A stretch of 63,570 bases of DNA, filler included, from Octopus bimaculoides (taxonomy: Eukaryota): NCBI RefSeq assembly GCF_001194135.2. It is 7 parts of 7 records of this genome, joined end to end, with 100 filler letters (N's around TTAATTAATTAA, not from the genome) between each part and the next. Parts side by side here need not be neighbours in the genome. Positions count along the whole stretch, not along the records: positions 1 to 28,001 come from NC_068998.1; 6 more parts are not named here. One strand, written 5' to 3'. Position numbers and translations under genes: made by a program. The first letter of the stretch is position 1; every line of letters starts with the position of its first letter. Below the pieces are notes generated by a model. The model had not been told where the DNA came from, made no database searches, and saw only the letters and a program-made list of their open reading frames with translations. Shown piece after piece: positions 1 through 14,846 of this stretch.

Positions 1-5
1 GAAGT

Positions 6-21
6 GGCCCTTAAAAGGGCC
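6..21 (-). terminator. Histone mRNA 3' stem-loop (SLBP site)
   Basis: Minus strand GGCCCTTTTAAGGGCC (6-bp stem, 4-nt loop) 32 nt after the H3 stop; the U7-binding element would lie off the window edge. Confidence 0.97.
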
Positions 22-53
22 GTTTGTGTTTTTTTCTTTCTTCAAAAAGGAAG

Positions 54-473
<420 letters not shown>

Positions 474-510
474 TCAACTTGCTGAATGTTGACGACACGC
501 AAACAGACCA

Positions 511-601
511 GCCTTATATACACCAGCACACTCCCCCTGGTTGGTAAATTGTATTTTGCGCCTCTATTCTGATTGGCTGTTAAACGACGTGATTTCATTG
601 G
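511..601 (-). promoter_or_regulatory. H3 promoter: TATA box plus two CCAAT boxes
   Basis: Minus strand TATATAAGGC at 520-511; CCAAT at 576-572 and 601-597, about 50-140 nt upstream of the ATG. Confidence 0.8.
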
Positions 602-2592
602 CTCTTAACAAACCATTTTCTGCCTTCTGATTAGTTGATTTTAGCTTGCGTTCTGGAGCCACTTTTTAGCAATTTTATCGCGATTTTCGTTTTACTTCTT
701 TAAATTAAGAAATTGACTTTAATTATGTGGGAACGTGTCTCGTTACAGCATAGCTTTAAAGTACGATAAAATGTTTTATAATAAACAAGGTTATTTGTTA
801 AATTGATTGTGGTGAGGATATTGTATGGGACAGTAACAACTTTTACTGAAGTGTTTAACAGCTGAATTGAAACCGTATCGATGAGTTGACTAAGTTTTAA
901 TACGGAAGATGAAGTCTTACCAGAACATTTGTGAATTCTTGGGACACAGTATTTAAATAGAAACTTATTAAATTTATATTTTATATTAGAAAATTAAGGT
1001 GTGAAGAAGGAATTAAGAAAGACGAATTTACAATTAATGTTCTTGAAATATAATAAAAGTGAATAGAATTCGGTACAAAATATGAGCTATGTATGTGTCA
1101 ATACTTTTTTAAATACTAGAAAATAGCTACTTAGAGATTTATAAAAGAAATATTTGGTCTAACTGCACAAGCATACCCCCATGACTGTTGACTATTAATG
1201 AAAAACTATTAATGAAATTTTCTATAAATACTTTTCAGGTGATGTTGATTTATGATTATTTCATGGGGAAAAGTTGAACGTGCAAACAATAAAATATTTG
1301 TTCAAAAGTTGGTTTTCAACTATTATATAAAATAAGGTTTGAGAAAAAGTTTTCATATTTAATACAAATTTCGTGATTAAATCAATATATTTATAATCTA
1401 GAAAATTAAAATGAAAGATTACGTAAATATAAATTTAAGGACATTTATGAAAGAAAAGATTTTAAGTAACGGTTCAGACAAATTTTCCACTGAAGATATA
1501 AATTATAGACAAAGTGATCGATTTACAATCAGATTCCTTCTCAAGGTTTTTTATTAAATTACTCTACACATATTTAGAAATGTGAAAATGAAGGTTGTTT
1601 AAATTATATCATTTGATAGTTTATTTCGGACTTCAATTATTTTATTTGAAATTGAATTATTCAGTGGTTTTAAGGTTTGATTCAGAAGTATATAATTTTA
1701 TAAAATGATATCTAACGACATAGATATGAGACTAACCGTTAATTTATCAGGCGGGAAGCCTAACGAAACCTACAAACGAAGCATATAAAATTCAGGCCGA
1801 GATCAGACTTAAAAAACAAATCCTGACTGTTAAAGATATTTAAGTTATTAAAGTAGCTCGAACAAGGTACGAACCCCTCCCTTTTTTTTTAAATAAACGA
1901 CATTAAATTTTCCACTATGGCAGTAGTACGGTGTAGTTTGAGATTTGGCTGTTATTTCTAGCAAGCGACTACAAAGACGATATATACATGTGCCTATGCT
2001 TAATAAAAGATAGATAAGGGATTAGATTGTCCTCTCTATCGTTTATGTAAGGAAGATTTGGCTGTTATTTCTAGCGGATCGAAAGCAAGACCTGTGACTA
2101 TGGCAATAATATTATTATTATTCTAATTGTATATAAACACCCTCCACTTTTCTCACAGAAATATTAAGCAATTTATTTTTGTTTAAATCATTAAAGGACC
2201 TTCAACAAGATAAGAAGCAAGCCACTACTTAATCAGACATCGTTAATGCGCCAGTTACCAGTTGCCATGAAACTAATATAAACTTTAATCCGTGTTAACA
2301 AGGCAATGTCTATGCGGTAATCCAACCACTAGAAGTCGCAGTTCTACCATAAATTAGCGCTTTAAGAAAAGAGATTAAGAGTGGAATAATATCTTGTTTA
2401 TTACTGTATAATTAAACGACAGTCAAGTGGGACTCCTTTTATCATAGAAGGGATGACTTAACAACGACCAGTCTCTTAAAATACAAATGCTAAACAATTA
2501 TTCTGCCTAACCAATGTCTCTCATACACGGATGAAATGTTTTCATATTCAGAGGAAAAATTAAATGAAAGACAGAAACTACGACTTCCCAAC

Positions 2593-2625
<33 letters not shown>

Positions 2626-3011
2626 TTCTTGCTCTATCTTTCTCTCCCCAATTCCTGCCCCTTCTTTCTCTCTGCTTTTCTCTTGCCTTTCTTTTCTTAT
2701 ATTTCTTCTTCTTTTTCATTTATTATTCTTCCGACAATGACGAAGCTGGTTTGTTGTTCCATTTACAGGTTATACCTGTGAAGTTTGTTACAGGTAGGTA
2801 GGTTTGTCTATATATATATTTATAGGACTATCTGAAATGAAGGTAAAAGCACGAAAAGGAACCGTAAAAGAATTACACTGGATATTAAACTTGATAAACG
2901 TTTCAGGTGGGAGAAAAATATCAATCATTTTGCCAAAACATTAACCAAATGAAACGTCAAGTGTTCCAGAAGTTAATCCATTAATTACATGAGCTTTATT
3001 TTGTAATTAAA

Positions 3012-3200
3012 ATCATCATCATCATTTAACGTCTGTTTTCTATGCTGGCATGGGTTGGACAGTTTGCCAGAGGCTGGCAAGACCAGGTTCCAGCGTCTGT
3101 TTTAGTGTTTTGGTTTCTACGGATGAATGGCCTTCCTAATGCCAACCATTTCACAGAGTGTCCTGGATGCTTTCATGTGGCACCAGTATGAGTGCTTTTT
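3012..3200 (-). mobile_element. 3' tail of RTE-type LINE/SINE family ending in (ATG)n
   Basis: CATCATCATTTAACGTC..TTTTC.ATGCTGGCATGGGTTGGAC block shared with copies at 9.9k, 15.1k, 27.8k, 35.3k, 38.8k and 39.7k. Confidence 0.8.
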
Positions 3201-3299
3201 ACATTGTACCATCAAAATGGGACAGCTCTTGGGTGTTATAGATTAAGGACCACTCCTGGCAATAAGCATGATGGTAATTTAAAAAAAAAAAAAAAAAAG

Positions 3300-4450
3300 T
3301 TTGTATGAGAATTTACAGAAAATGGAGGATGAAGCTTCTGATGGAAAAGCTTTTCTGGATGATGGAAGCTGGTTTGAAAGGTTTAAGAAGTGTTTCAATT
3401 TGCACCACAAAAAATGATTGGTGAAACTGCCAGTGTTGATACAGAGGCTGTTACTAATTATCTTGAATAGCTGAAGACATAAAAATTGATTGCTAAAGGG
3501 AGTCTCCATATCAGAGCAAAAGTAGACAATGTGGGATGAATCTGCACTTTTCTGACACTTCTTGCCTGCCAGAGCTTTTATTTCTTGAGAAGAAAAATTA
3601 ACACCAGGATTTAACCCCCCTCCTCATGTATCACTCCAAAAACCTAAGGGCTTTGGATGGTGAGGCAAAGATTATTTACTTCTGATTTGGTGTTCTAGTA
3701 AGGAGTCATGGATGGGTAAGAGAGCCTTCTCAAATATTTTCTTCTACAGTTGAAAAGGACGGTGTTGGGCATAATGTTGCCAATAAAACCTCACTCCTTT
3801 TAGACAATGCACCAAGACACCCAGTGAACTTAAATGAGCTTTCTGTTCATATATGAGAGTAGAATATATCCCAAGACTTGATAGCTGACTTGAAGGCATA
3901 TTATCAGAGAGGAACTGTTAAACAAACTTATGAAAGTAATTGACAGGGAGAATAAACCTAGAGTTAGGGACTCAAAGGAACAGTTGAACATAATGGATGA
4001 CGTGGATGGCATTACTGAATCATGGAATGAAGTGAATGCATCAACTATGAATGGTGCTTCGGGGAAGTATAAGGCCAAACTGTGTCCGTGACTACAAGTT
4101 GTCTACAAGCAGAAAAACTACATCAGATTTGGAAAGATATTGTGACACTTGCAAATGATGTAAGATTTGAAGAAGTCATTATTAAAGGATGATGTGGTTG
4201 AGTTGCTTGTTTTCTGTAGAGAAAATTTATCTAATGAGGAATTGATGTTAGAGGAAGAGCAAGCTGTGAATGGAAACTCTTCCAATTCCATCTCAATTGA
4301 ATATTACTTAAGGATTGGCACTTATAGAGGAAGATCTATAAATATTTACTGATTAAAAACCTAATTATGAACGTAAGAATTGCAAGAGAAATTTACAGTG
4401 AGCTCAGTTCCTGCACTGAGCTGCATAAAGAGATGATGCACCATAAGCAT
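3300..4450 (+). pseudogene. Decayed pogo/Tigger (CENP-B-like) DDE transposase
   Basis: Frameshifted motifs: SWFERFKK..NLH, GETASVDTEAV, DESALF..LPARAFI, LDNAPRHP, LKAYYQR. Confidence 0.85.
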
Positions 4451-5137
4451 CAGTTGTGGCTAAGTTCTTTGCTGCTCAAGTAGATGTTGTTGATGATGAT
4501 GATGATGATAAAATAAAAGGGAGTCTCCCCTCATCCTCCTATTAACTTTTATTCCACCATCATTCCTCATAGCAGTCAACATCTCTCATCTTAAGAAGGT
4601 ACCCTATAACAATTCTTTATTCCCAAGTGTGTTTTGCTTCTAATGTTTTTTATGTCTGCATATTCTGTTAGTGTTATTTTTATGCATAAAAGTGGACATG
4701 GTGCTTGTTTTTTCTTTTTTTCTTTTCTCTCTCTTGAAATTCCATTGGAATGCATTATCACTTCATAACAAGAAGATCAGTGAGAAAATTAATTTGGGTT
4801 GAACTCGTTAGCATTAAGATTTCTCTGTCAAAACTAATGCTTCTTTATTCACATTCTTTTTAATTAAGCATTCATTATCTCATAGCTTTGAGATTTTAAT
4901 GATGTGATAGTTTATATTTAGAATGATATTGTAGGATAGATGTGAGAGACCAGATCAAGGCAGTTTGCACATAAAACATGCAGAATATTTTGGCTGGATA
5001 TGGGGGCCAGTTTAAATGCAAAAGAGCTAACAGCTTTTGCATTATGGCAAGTTTTTCAAAAATGCATTGCTTCTGTAATGCAGGCGATTCTTGAGTGTGT
5101 GTCTGTGTATGTATACACACACGCATACACACTGAAA

Positions 5138-5187
<50 letters not shown>

Positions 5188-5199
5188 AAGTGCTGATCT

Positions 5200-5700
5200 C
5201 AAACTGTGGATGGAACCTGTGGAAGAGGTAGACCCAGGAAGACATGGGATGAGATGGTGAAGCATGATCTTCGAACATTAGGCATCACCGAGACAATGAC
5301 TAGTGATGTGAGCTTTGGCAATATGCTGTGCTTCAGAAGAGCCATCAAGCCAATTGAAACCGTAGTTGTGGCCAATGCTGGTGTCATGTAACTGGCACCC
5401 GTGCCATTGGCATGTAAAAAGCACTTTTTGAGTGTTGGGCCTCACGAAGGCAAGGTGGCCGATGCTGGTGGTATGTGAAAAGCACCTTTCGAATGTTGGG
5501 TCTCACAGAGACAATGATGAATGACCAAAACCTTTGGCATTGTGCCATGCTTGAGAAGACCCATCAAACCAAGTAAAATCACAGAAGTGGCAGATCCTGG
5601 TGTCGTGCAAATGGCACCTGTGCTGGTGGCACATAAAAGCACCCATTATATTCTCAGATTGGTTGGTGTTAGGAAGGGCACCCAGCCATAGAAAAACCAG
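5200..5700 (+). mobile_element. RTE LINE 3' end (ORF C-terminus plus repeated 3' UTR units)
   Basis: GTCGRGRPRKTWDEMVKHDLRTLG, typical RTE C-terminus; same block at 9775. Confidence 0.85.
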
Positions 5701-8700
5701 ACATTTATGTGCTTACTCTGGTGTACATATATATACAATACATACATTGGGATAGTATATACATTGGCATCCTTCATAATTATATAGACTTACAGATATT
5801 TAAATAATTATGATTATAGATAATTCTTCCTATTACAGATAATTAAATGCTGAATACAATCCTTAACGTAGCGCGTGTGTGTGTGTGTGTGTACATTAAT
5901 AAGTATATAAACATACAATACATACATATGCATATAGACCTATACATACATGTGTGCGTGTGTACTCCAGCATATACATACACACCCCTGCATGCGCGCG
6001 CGTGTCGACCGTATACTGAAATTGTTAATCCTACTTTTAATGATAAATAAATCTACACAAGTTTTGTTTTAGTCTCAGGTCAACCTTCCTAAGCAGACCT
6101 TATAATCAAGATATATCCTCCTTTTCATTATTATTTTATTAAAAAAAAACAAAAACATTACACCAGAATAAGCCGGCTTCCAACATATTCAGTTTAATTT
6201 TGTATCTTGTATAATAATAATGATCGTTTGTGTTGACGTCAGTGGATAAAGACTAGAGTTTAGTGCAGGTGACCCAAATGGGTGTGTTAAGATTTGATTT
6301 CTAAATAGGGAAAAGAATGTTGAATCGATTGAAATTATAACCGTAATTTCAGTTGAGTATAATTTGTATTTGGAATTAGGATGTTATCCAACTTTAAAAT
6401 GTAAATACAGAAACCCAGACAGAGAAACAGCCAGCAAGGAAAACCTTCCCACAGCCACTCGACCTGCTAGAAATAACAGCCACGCCCAGTCATTTTTAAA
6501 ATAAAAAAGTTTTAAATGGATGGAAATTATTAAATGATATCGTCTTAGATACTATGTGTAAAAAAAATAATCAACGGGATGGTCCCGGCTGTGATGTCTG
6601 TTCGATCTTGGCTGAGTGGGAGACTAAACATTTCCCCACTTATTATGATTTCAAATAATCGCGGCATTACAATCATTGAAGAGACATTTATCAACGAAAT
6701 GAACCTTCAAGGCAGATGCTCGATTTGTTAGAAATAGCAGCTAAATTTTTCTCGAATCACACTCCATTGTTATAAAGACATGTAAATATCCCTAAAAGTC
6801 AGTTTGGTCACGGCTGGAAAGTTTTTATTCCAGGGTCTGCTAAAAAAAACTAGAGATTAAAATCACTGTTTCCCTTTTCATTAATATAATATTTTGCTAT
6901 TTTATTTCAATTCCGAAAAGCGCAAAAGGTCCTGTCATTTAATCCCCTGTCCTCAATCTCCACTCTGATGGAAATCTGTGGCTGAAATAAATTGATTGGA
7001 ATTGAACATTGGATCGGGGTTGGTTTGGAACTGGACATTAGCATCATCGACATCAACATTTAATTCTTAAACATATCTTGATATGATTTTAGAGAGTTTT
7101 ACTTCGATTAACTACAAATTATTTTCGGAAAATAAAAGCAGTTTAGGATATGTTACCAACTCAAATACAAACACCAAACAATCATAACAACAACCAAACT
7201 AACAAACGTTACGCATTTGGAGGTTGTTCCTGTAGAATAGTCTGAAATTATCGAAGTGCGCCAAAAACTCGTTTCTTTGGATGATTAGGTTTTAAGCATC
7301 GTAAATTCCGGGGTCAGAATTTGGTTGATTCACACTTTAAACGGTAATTTTTCAATTTTGAAGACTTTATTTTTATTATTTTACTTTTTCAGATGTATGC
7401 TTTAAAAAAGTTCTGCCTATTTTTGAAGATTCATAATCTCAAATATTTAAAACATTAATCTGAAAAAAAAATTTCAAAAGAATGACGAAACTAAAACTAT
7501 TTCGGAACAAATTCTTCCCAATTTTTGTCACCGAGTCAAACGACTTAGTTTAACCGTTAAAGCTTCATATATATATTTACATATGTAGTGAGTCGTCTTC
7601 ATCTGCAGTGCACGAGGCCTGCCTCTTCTTGTGCCACCCAGCTCCCCTTTCTTTTGTCCTCCTCTCCCCAACTCCTGCTGCTTACCCCTCCCCACTCATT
7701 ATCTTCTCCATCCCTCTATCTCCCCCCACCTTCCACCTACAGATTTTACAACCAAGAGAAGTAAATTCTTCAACACACCTGAGAGGTGCCCCACATTATG
7801 TTTTGATTGTTCTAATACCTTTGGTTGAATATCCAAGATTATGGCGAAGGCTTTCTGCTAGGCTTATTAGAACAGAGAGCGGCACTAAATGATCGACACA
7901 CATTGTGTAGTAAAATGCAAACTGTGTCCTGTTGTGGCACTTCTGCTGTTTATCTAACATGTAAAAGTATGTTAATTCCTATTAGCAAATGAAATATATA
8001 TAATGGTGAATAGCCAAAAAAGAAAAGAAAAAAAGGCCTTTTTGTGTGGAACCAGGGGTGGGGGTGGGGGAAATAATCAATTAATTGAATATTGATACTT
8101 ATTTATTGATTTTAATCGCGAGAAAGACTGAGTCAAACTGGATGGGATTTGAACCCAAACTCAGCGGAGGCCAAACTCAATTATATTGATCCATAGAATA
8201 TAAAAATCTGTGGTTTCTGTCACTTTTTTCTTTCTAATCTCCATAAAAAAATTTCTATTCAACAAAAAAACATTTCAATATTTATTTTTGCTTTTTATGT
8301 GGATGCAATTTCTTCCGTGTGTAATAATTTGGTCGAATGAATAATGAATCTAATATACATATACAGTTATATACATACACACACACACACACACAGAGCT
8401 TGGGGGGGGGATCCTCTTTTCAAAACCAGAATCCCTTTTCAACTAATTTCTACACCAGCTGCCACTTGGTTTATGTAGAAAAATCGCCGCCAAAACAAAG
8501 CAGCTGGTTTTGGCGGTCAAATACAAAATAAGAAGACTTAAATACGGCTTTCTTCCTGTTTCTCTCAACATTCATTTTCCTCCCCCCTTCTCTCTGTCAT
8601 TGTCTATCTTCCCCCTCTCTCTCTCTCTCGCCGTACATTATGACTATCACTCTTCCTCTCCCTCTCGTTAGTTTATGTATCTTTCCTTTCAAATTTTTCT

Positions 8701-9562
8701 CCTCTTTTTGCTTTCTCTCCGCCTCCTCCCCCTCTCTCTTATTTTAACATTTTTCTTTTTGTCAACCGCCTCAATTTTTCATTTAATTTGTTTTGATCCT
8801 TGTTCGATTTAAACCTTAACCCCCCCTCCAATTCACCGAGGTAACAAAGAACCATTGTTAACAATATCATATTCTTCCTCATCAGTTCTTGGCACTATAA
8901 GGCAATGTGGGATACTTTACGGGTCACTCGACTTACTAGAAAGAGCAACCAAATCTCTCAGCTGTTTTAGTGGGAGACATTAAATGACGAAGTCCCGGGT
9001 ATGTAATAGGGTATGAAGCCAAAAAATTCCAACAAATACAGTGCATTAGAAAGTGGCCCAAAATTGAAGAAATATAAAGGATTTTGTGTAGATTCATCAT
9101 AAATTAGTTGATAATTTAATAATATGATATTTAATAGGGTTCTGAAATAATATAATATTTAATAGGATTTGGCTTGACAATTTTTCTGTTTCCTCATCTG
9201 GCCTTCTCCAGTGGCAACCTCTAGTTGTTCAACTACCAACCCAGGCACCACTGCACATCAAGCCAAGAAGGGCAAACTCAAAGTATCGGCCACTCTCTGA
9301 GAGGTTTGTAGTGAAGCATATGGCAGGGGAAACTGAATGGTGGGCATGGGTGGAATCACTTGGCTCATAGAACTGCTCAGTGCTAAAACTGAAACAATAA
9401 CAACTCCAGGTGCCTCACCAATGGGAGAACTTCTATGAGGTCACTCGCTTTCTAGAAATAGCAACCAAATTTCCCTCAAATTTATTCCTTAGACATTGAA
9501 CATTATTGTCCTACATTCATTATTATCATCATGATTTAAAAAATAAAGCTAGTACGCTCAGC

Positions 9563-10035
9563 TGGATTGAAAGAAATGAAGCTAGTACGCTCCGCTGGAT
9601 GTGTTAATGTCAGTGTGCATACACGACAGAGTGTAAGTGTCCTGGGAGAAAAGTTGGACATAAGACGCATCAGATGTGGTGTGCAAGAGAGACGACTGCA
9701 CTGGTATGGTCATGTGGTGAGAATGGATGAGGACAGGTGTGTGAAAAGTGTTACACCCTAACAGTAGAGAGAACCTGTGGAAGAGGTAGACCCAAGAAGA
9801 CATGGGATGAGGTGGTGAAGCACAACCTTCAACATTGGGCCTCACAGACCTGGCCTCAGTGCCGGTGGCATGTAAAAAGCATCCACTAAACTCTTGGAGT
9901 GGTTGATGTTAAGAAGGGCATCTAGCTGTAGAAACCTTACCAAATCAAATTGTTGCAGCCTTCTGGCTTGCTGGTTCTCAGAACCATCCAACCCATGCCA
10001 GGATGGAAAGCAGATGTTAGATGATGATGATGGTT
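9563..10035 (+). mobile_element. 5'-truncated RTE LINE with (ATG)n tail
   Basis: IRCGVQERRLHWYGHVVRMDEDRCVK then GRGRP.KTWDEVVK, ending CCAACCCATGCCAGGATGGAAAGCAGATGTTAGATGATGATG. Confidence 0.9.
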
Positions 10036-10199
10036 TCTAAGATCACGTGGATCAGAGAGAATTTGTTGATGCAGATCTTTTCTAGCTGGATGTCCTTTTT
10101 GTAATCAACCCTTTCCTGTTTCCAGCCAAGGCAATATTTCTTCATCACATATTTTCAAAGGAAAGACTGGAAACAAACAACATCATGTATTTACATTTC

Positions 10200-10680
10200 C
10201 AGTGAAAGATTCAAATACATCAACAACAACAACCCATGACAGAACATCCAAAGTTTCTAAATGTTCCCCTTGGCTTTTGCACAACTGCCATGGACTTCTC
10301 TTTCTCGTAATTCTCTGTTCCTAAACATTTGCAGGAGTCAATACAGTTGAATTCTTTGAAAGTGACCAACCCATCATGGCTGGTGCTATACCACCACAGC
10401 AACAATGCTGTTGAATCTTGTCTGATCAAGAATTTTGTTATTTGAAATATAGTCTTGCTAATATATGCACATGATGGTTTGTAGTTTTTGTCTAATGGAA
10501 GTATTTCTGTCTTTCCAATGGAATATCCAGGTTTCACATCCATATAAAAAGATTCATGTGAACAACTACTTTATAAACCATCAGCTTAGTAAATATCTTG
10601 ATTACATCACAAGACCCTTTCACACTTTCTCTAAAGTAAATTTGAAATTTCACCCGCTGCAGTAACAATCTTGTCAGAAA
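10200..10680 (-). pseudogene. RTE (BovB-like) reverse transcriptase C-terminal remnant
   Basis: Minus strand FLYGCETW...WVGHFQR motifs with stops and frameshifts. Confidence 0.7.
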
Positions 10681-12983
10681 AATTTGCTAAGTTCAAAATC
10701 AAGAATATATTATGAAACTTGAAATCAATACTGACTTCAGAAATTTGTTTTCTATTGCCTCAAATTACTCTTGGTATTTTAGTAGTTATTTTGAGAGAGA
10801 GAGAGAGAGAGAGAGAGAGTGTGTATTGTATATTGTTTTGTTCCAAGTTATACAATATTTTAAACAAGTACAACATAGGAGAGTGGACTGAGCCACTGAA
10901 GACGCATGTATACCATTACATTGATTTTTGTTTTATTTCTTGATTGTATTTTTTGTCATCAATATTGTAGATGGTTCGGATTTATGTCTATGATTGATCA
11001 CTGGAACAAGTGTAAACATGTTTTTTTATCCAGAGAAAAGCAACTTGTATAGTATTGATTTCTCACAGAATATCTCTTCATTATGAATTATTATAGAGGT
11101 TGTGGAATGAATATTCAAGACTTTCAGGAATTCCTTCACGATATTAACTAGTGACATGGTTCCACCCTAGCAGTGAAGCAGATTACAAGGTGAACAGTCA
11201 TTTGAGATTGGTTGGTGCCAGACTAAAAGATACTGAATTGAGAAGTAGTGGCTATAATGGATGTTTTTTTAGTGAAAGCAGTTTCCTGAGAAAATAATTG
11301 TGTTTGTATTGGATAAAATCCAATAAAATGTTTAAAGCTGACCATTTGAGCCAAGTGAAAACTAAAAGAAAATTGCGTATTTAAAGTATTTGCCATTTTT
11401 GTTTTGTGTAATTGTAGCAATGGAAGGTAATTCAAAATTTGTGAAGTGAATAGAATTACTTGACATTTATTTGTGGTCAAGTAATTGCTGAAGTATTTAG
11501 AGTTAACCAATTTATTTCAATAATTGCCTACACACTGATCTCTGTCTCCTGAACACACACACACACACAGAGCGAGAAAAGAAACATGGAGCGAATCATC
11601 AAATTTGAAATAAATAAATTACAAACACTTCAAAAATGTTTAGCGACTTTTTTTTTTGCATCTCTCATGGAACTAGCAACAACTCATATCAACTGTGGCA
11701 TGAAATCCCTGCCACCCTGTCTTTCTATCAAATAAATTTTATGCTCTTTTATAACATTGGCAGATGAGAGAATCATCTGTTATGGCATCCAGAATGGCCT
11801 GCTCCCATGATTTCTATGTCCTGTGTCTCTTCAGTGGATGTGTCGGAAGAGATTGTGGTGACGCTGTTAGCTTCCAGAAATTTATGCCAACCATTTATCT
11901 TGCCACTATGCTATCTTCTCTGTTGACCTTCCCCTCTTGTAAGGTCAAACAAAAATGACTCAAGTTGCCATTCTATGCTCAGTGATTAAGCCATATCCTT
12001 ACAAACACCAGTCCACTCTAGGGTTATGTTGGTCAGTTTCCCAACACCTACCTCTCCCGGGCCCCTCTGCTCTGTGTCTCCAGCGTGTTTAAACTGTCAA
12101 ACCATCCAACCCATGCCAGCATCAAAGACAAGCATTGAATGATGAATAAAGTACTCAAAGATAAGTGTGAGCGTGAACGAAATAAAAGACATAATCCATA
12201 TTTGTTAGTTCAGCAAAAATATTTTGCCAAAGTAATGCTTGAATATTTTATATCCATGTATACATAGTATATACATACACACACATATGGAAACATACCT
12301 GTATATTTTATAAGCTGCACATGTATATATAAATAAATATATAATTTAGATATCGTTGAAATCCACAAATATATAAAGACTGTTATTGTCAAACACGCAC
12401 ACACACTTATACAGCCACATTCATGCACACAACATCCCCTTCCGGAATGAGTGTGTTTAGTGACTGACTGTTGTTCTTATACTCACACACAAACACACAT
12501 ATAAACCTCTGTTGTGAATGTGTTTAAGTGTGGGGAAGCATGTTTATACAATAAAGTGAATAATTGATAACAAAGAAACATAAGCAAATTAAATCATCAC
12601 ACACACAGCAGTATATATATACATTAGCGACATCAGATATGTGTAATATTAATTTTTTTTTTATCTTTTAATTATTTTATTTATTTGAAGGCAAGTTTAT
12701 TGGAAACCTCAGAGACACCAGATACCAATTAAAATTTGAAGAAGAAAACCATTCTTTATGCCTTTCTTTCCCTCTCTTAAAACTTTCGACTTCTTTTAAT
12801 GATTTATTCTCAACTCTATTTTGTCATTAAAAATTAACCGTTGTGCAATGAATAACAAAAATGCTATTTTATGAGCAGAGCTGGCAGTCGGTCACAGCTG
12901 CTATTTCAGTGTCTCCTCCATCAATCATTGCTGTTGAGGAGTTTTCGGAAAGACAACTGCCCCTCCCCCCGCCACCATGACAA

Positions 12984-13014
<31 letters not shown>

Positions 13015-13300
13015 CAGACTTTCAAAACAAATTTAGGAGTCTGTGTAGTTAGTCAACCTGCTAGAAATAGCAGGTATTTTGTTCAAGTTATATACACTGT
13101 CATCTTGAAAAGGACATATAGCATGGTGTAATCCTAGATACACAATGCCTGAGAAGGTGGTCAGGAGGGTCAGGGCTGGAATGGAATGGCATTGATTGGT
13201 TTTAGAGTCTGAAAAACAATGGAAAATCTGGCGCTAAACAACACCATTACCATCACTGTAACCACCAGCAAAAACAACACTTCAAACTTTCATCCCTGTA

Positions 13301-13650
13301 TCTATATATATAAAAATGAGAATGTGTGTCTGTCTGTGTGAATCCCTAAAACTCGAGAACTACGCAACCAATTTCATTCAAATTTTACACATGCCTTACT
13401 TACGGTTCCAGTTGTGTTTTAGTAAAAAAAAATTAACTTCTTGCAGAGTTCGAGCACACGGCAACATAATATCTCCTCCACTATTTAAGTATTACGTGTC
13501 AAAAGTGAAACAAAAACACTCATGTCAAATACTTTCACTTTAAAAATGAAACTATTCCACTAACTGAAACAATCACATTTTGATACTGTAGTGACAGATA
13601 CTTTCACAGAGAGAGAAAGAGAGAAAGAGAGAGACAGAGAGATGTATATG
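13301..13650 (+). mobile_element. Non-autonomous Helitron, 5' end (3' end lost in the gap or shared with 14937)
   Basis: A|TCTATATATATAAAA start followed by GTGTGTCTGTCTG..AACTCGAGAACTAC.CAACC.ATTTCATTCAAATTTT, typical of Helitron-N 5' termini. Confidence 0.65.
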
Positions 13651-14846
13651 TATANNNNNNNNNNNNNNNNNNNNNNNNNNNNNNNNNNNNNNNNNNNNNN
13701 NNNNNNNNNNNNNNNNNNNNNNNNNNNNNNNNNNNNNNNNNNNNNNNNNNNNNNNNNNNNNNNNNNNNNNNNNNNNNNNNNNNNNNNNNNNNNNNNNNNN
13801 NNNNNNNNNNNNNNNNNNNNNNNNNNNNNNNNNNNNNNNNNNNNNNNNNNNNNNNNNNNNNNNNNNNNNNNNNNNNNNNNNNNNNNNNNNNNNNNNNNNN
13901 NNNNNNNNNNNNNNNNNNNNNNNNNNNNNNNNNNNNNNNNNNNNNNNNNNNNNNNNNNNNNNNNNNNNNNNNNNNNNNNNNNNNNNNNNNNNNNNNNNNN
14001 NNNNNNNNNNNNNNNNNNNNNNNNNNNNNNNNNNNNNNNNNNNNNNNNNNNNNNNNNNNNNNNNNNNNNNNNNNNNNNNNNNNNNNNNNNNNNNNNNNNN
14101 NNNNNNNNNNNNNNNNNNNNNNNNNNNNNNNNNNNNNNNNNNNNNNNNNNNNNNNNNNNNNNNNNNNNNNNNNNNNNNNNNNNNNNNNNNNNNNNNNNNN
14201 NNNNNNNNNNNNNNNNNNNNNNNNNNNNNNNNNNNNNNNNNNNNNNNNNNNNNNNNNNNNNNNNNNNNNNNNNNNNNNNNNNNNNNNNNNNNNNNNNNNN
14301 NNNNNNNNNNNNNNNNNNNNNNNNNNNNNNNNNNNNNNNNNNNNNNNNNNNNNNNNNNNNNNNNNNNNNNNNNNNNNNNNNNNNNNNNNNNNNNNNNNNN
14401 NNNNNNNNNNNNNNNNNNNNNNNNNNNNNNNNNNNNNNNNNNNNNNNNNNNNNNNNNNNNNNNNNNNNNNNNNNNNNNNNNNNNNNNNNNNNNNNNNNNN
14501 NNNNNNNNNNNNNNNNNNNNNNNNNNNNNNNNNNNNNNNNNNNNNNNNNNNNNNNNNNNNNNNNNNNNNNNNNNNNNNNNCTGTAGCTGGTCTTCTCTTG
14601 GAAGAGCCCTGCTTCTCACATGGACAACTGTATGTTGGCTGCTCAAGAGTGGGCAGCAACAAAAAACCTATTTGTATATGCTCCACAAGGGAAAACAAGG
14701 AACATAGTTTACAATGAGGTGTTATAATCACAACAGCAAGAAAGTATGTACATGATCACCTTCTTTTACGAAACTTCATTGACTTTCATATATTTATATT
14801 GATATACATATATATACGTGTGTTTGGGTGTGTGTGTGTATATACA

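Noticed and set aside
7608-7892. 94-aa and 65-aa plus-strand ORFs
   Set aside because: N-termini derive from a pyrimidine tract; no recognisable domain
13573-14731. Long ORFs full of X, here and at 30.4k, 37.4k, 38.8k, 50.7k and 55k
   Set aside because: Artefacts of translating through N gaps
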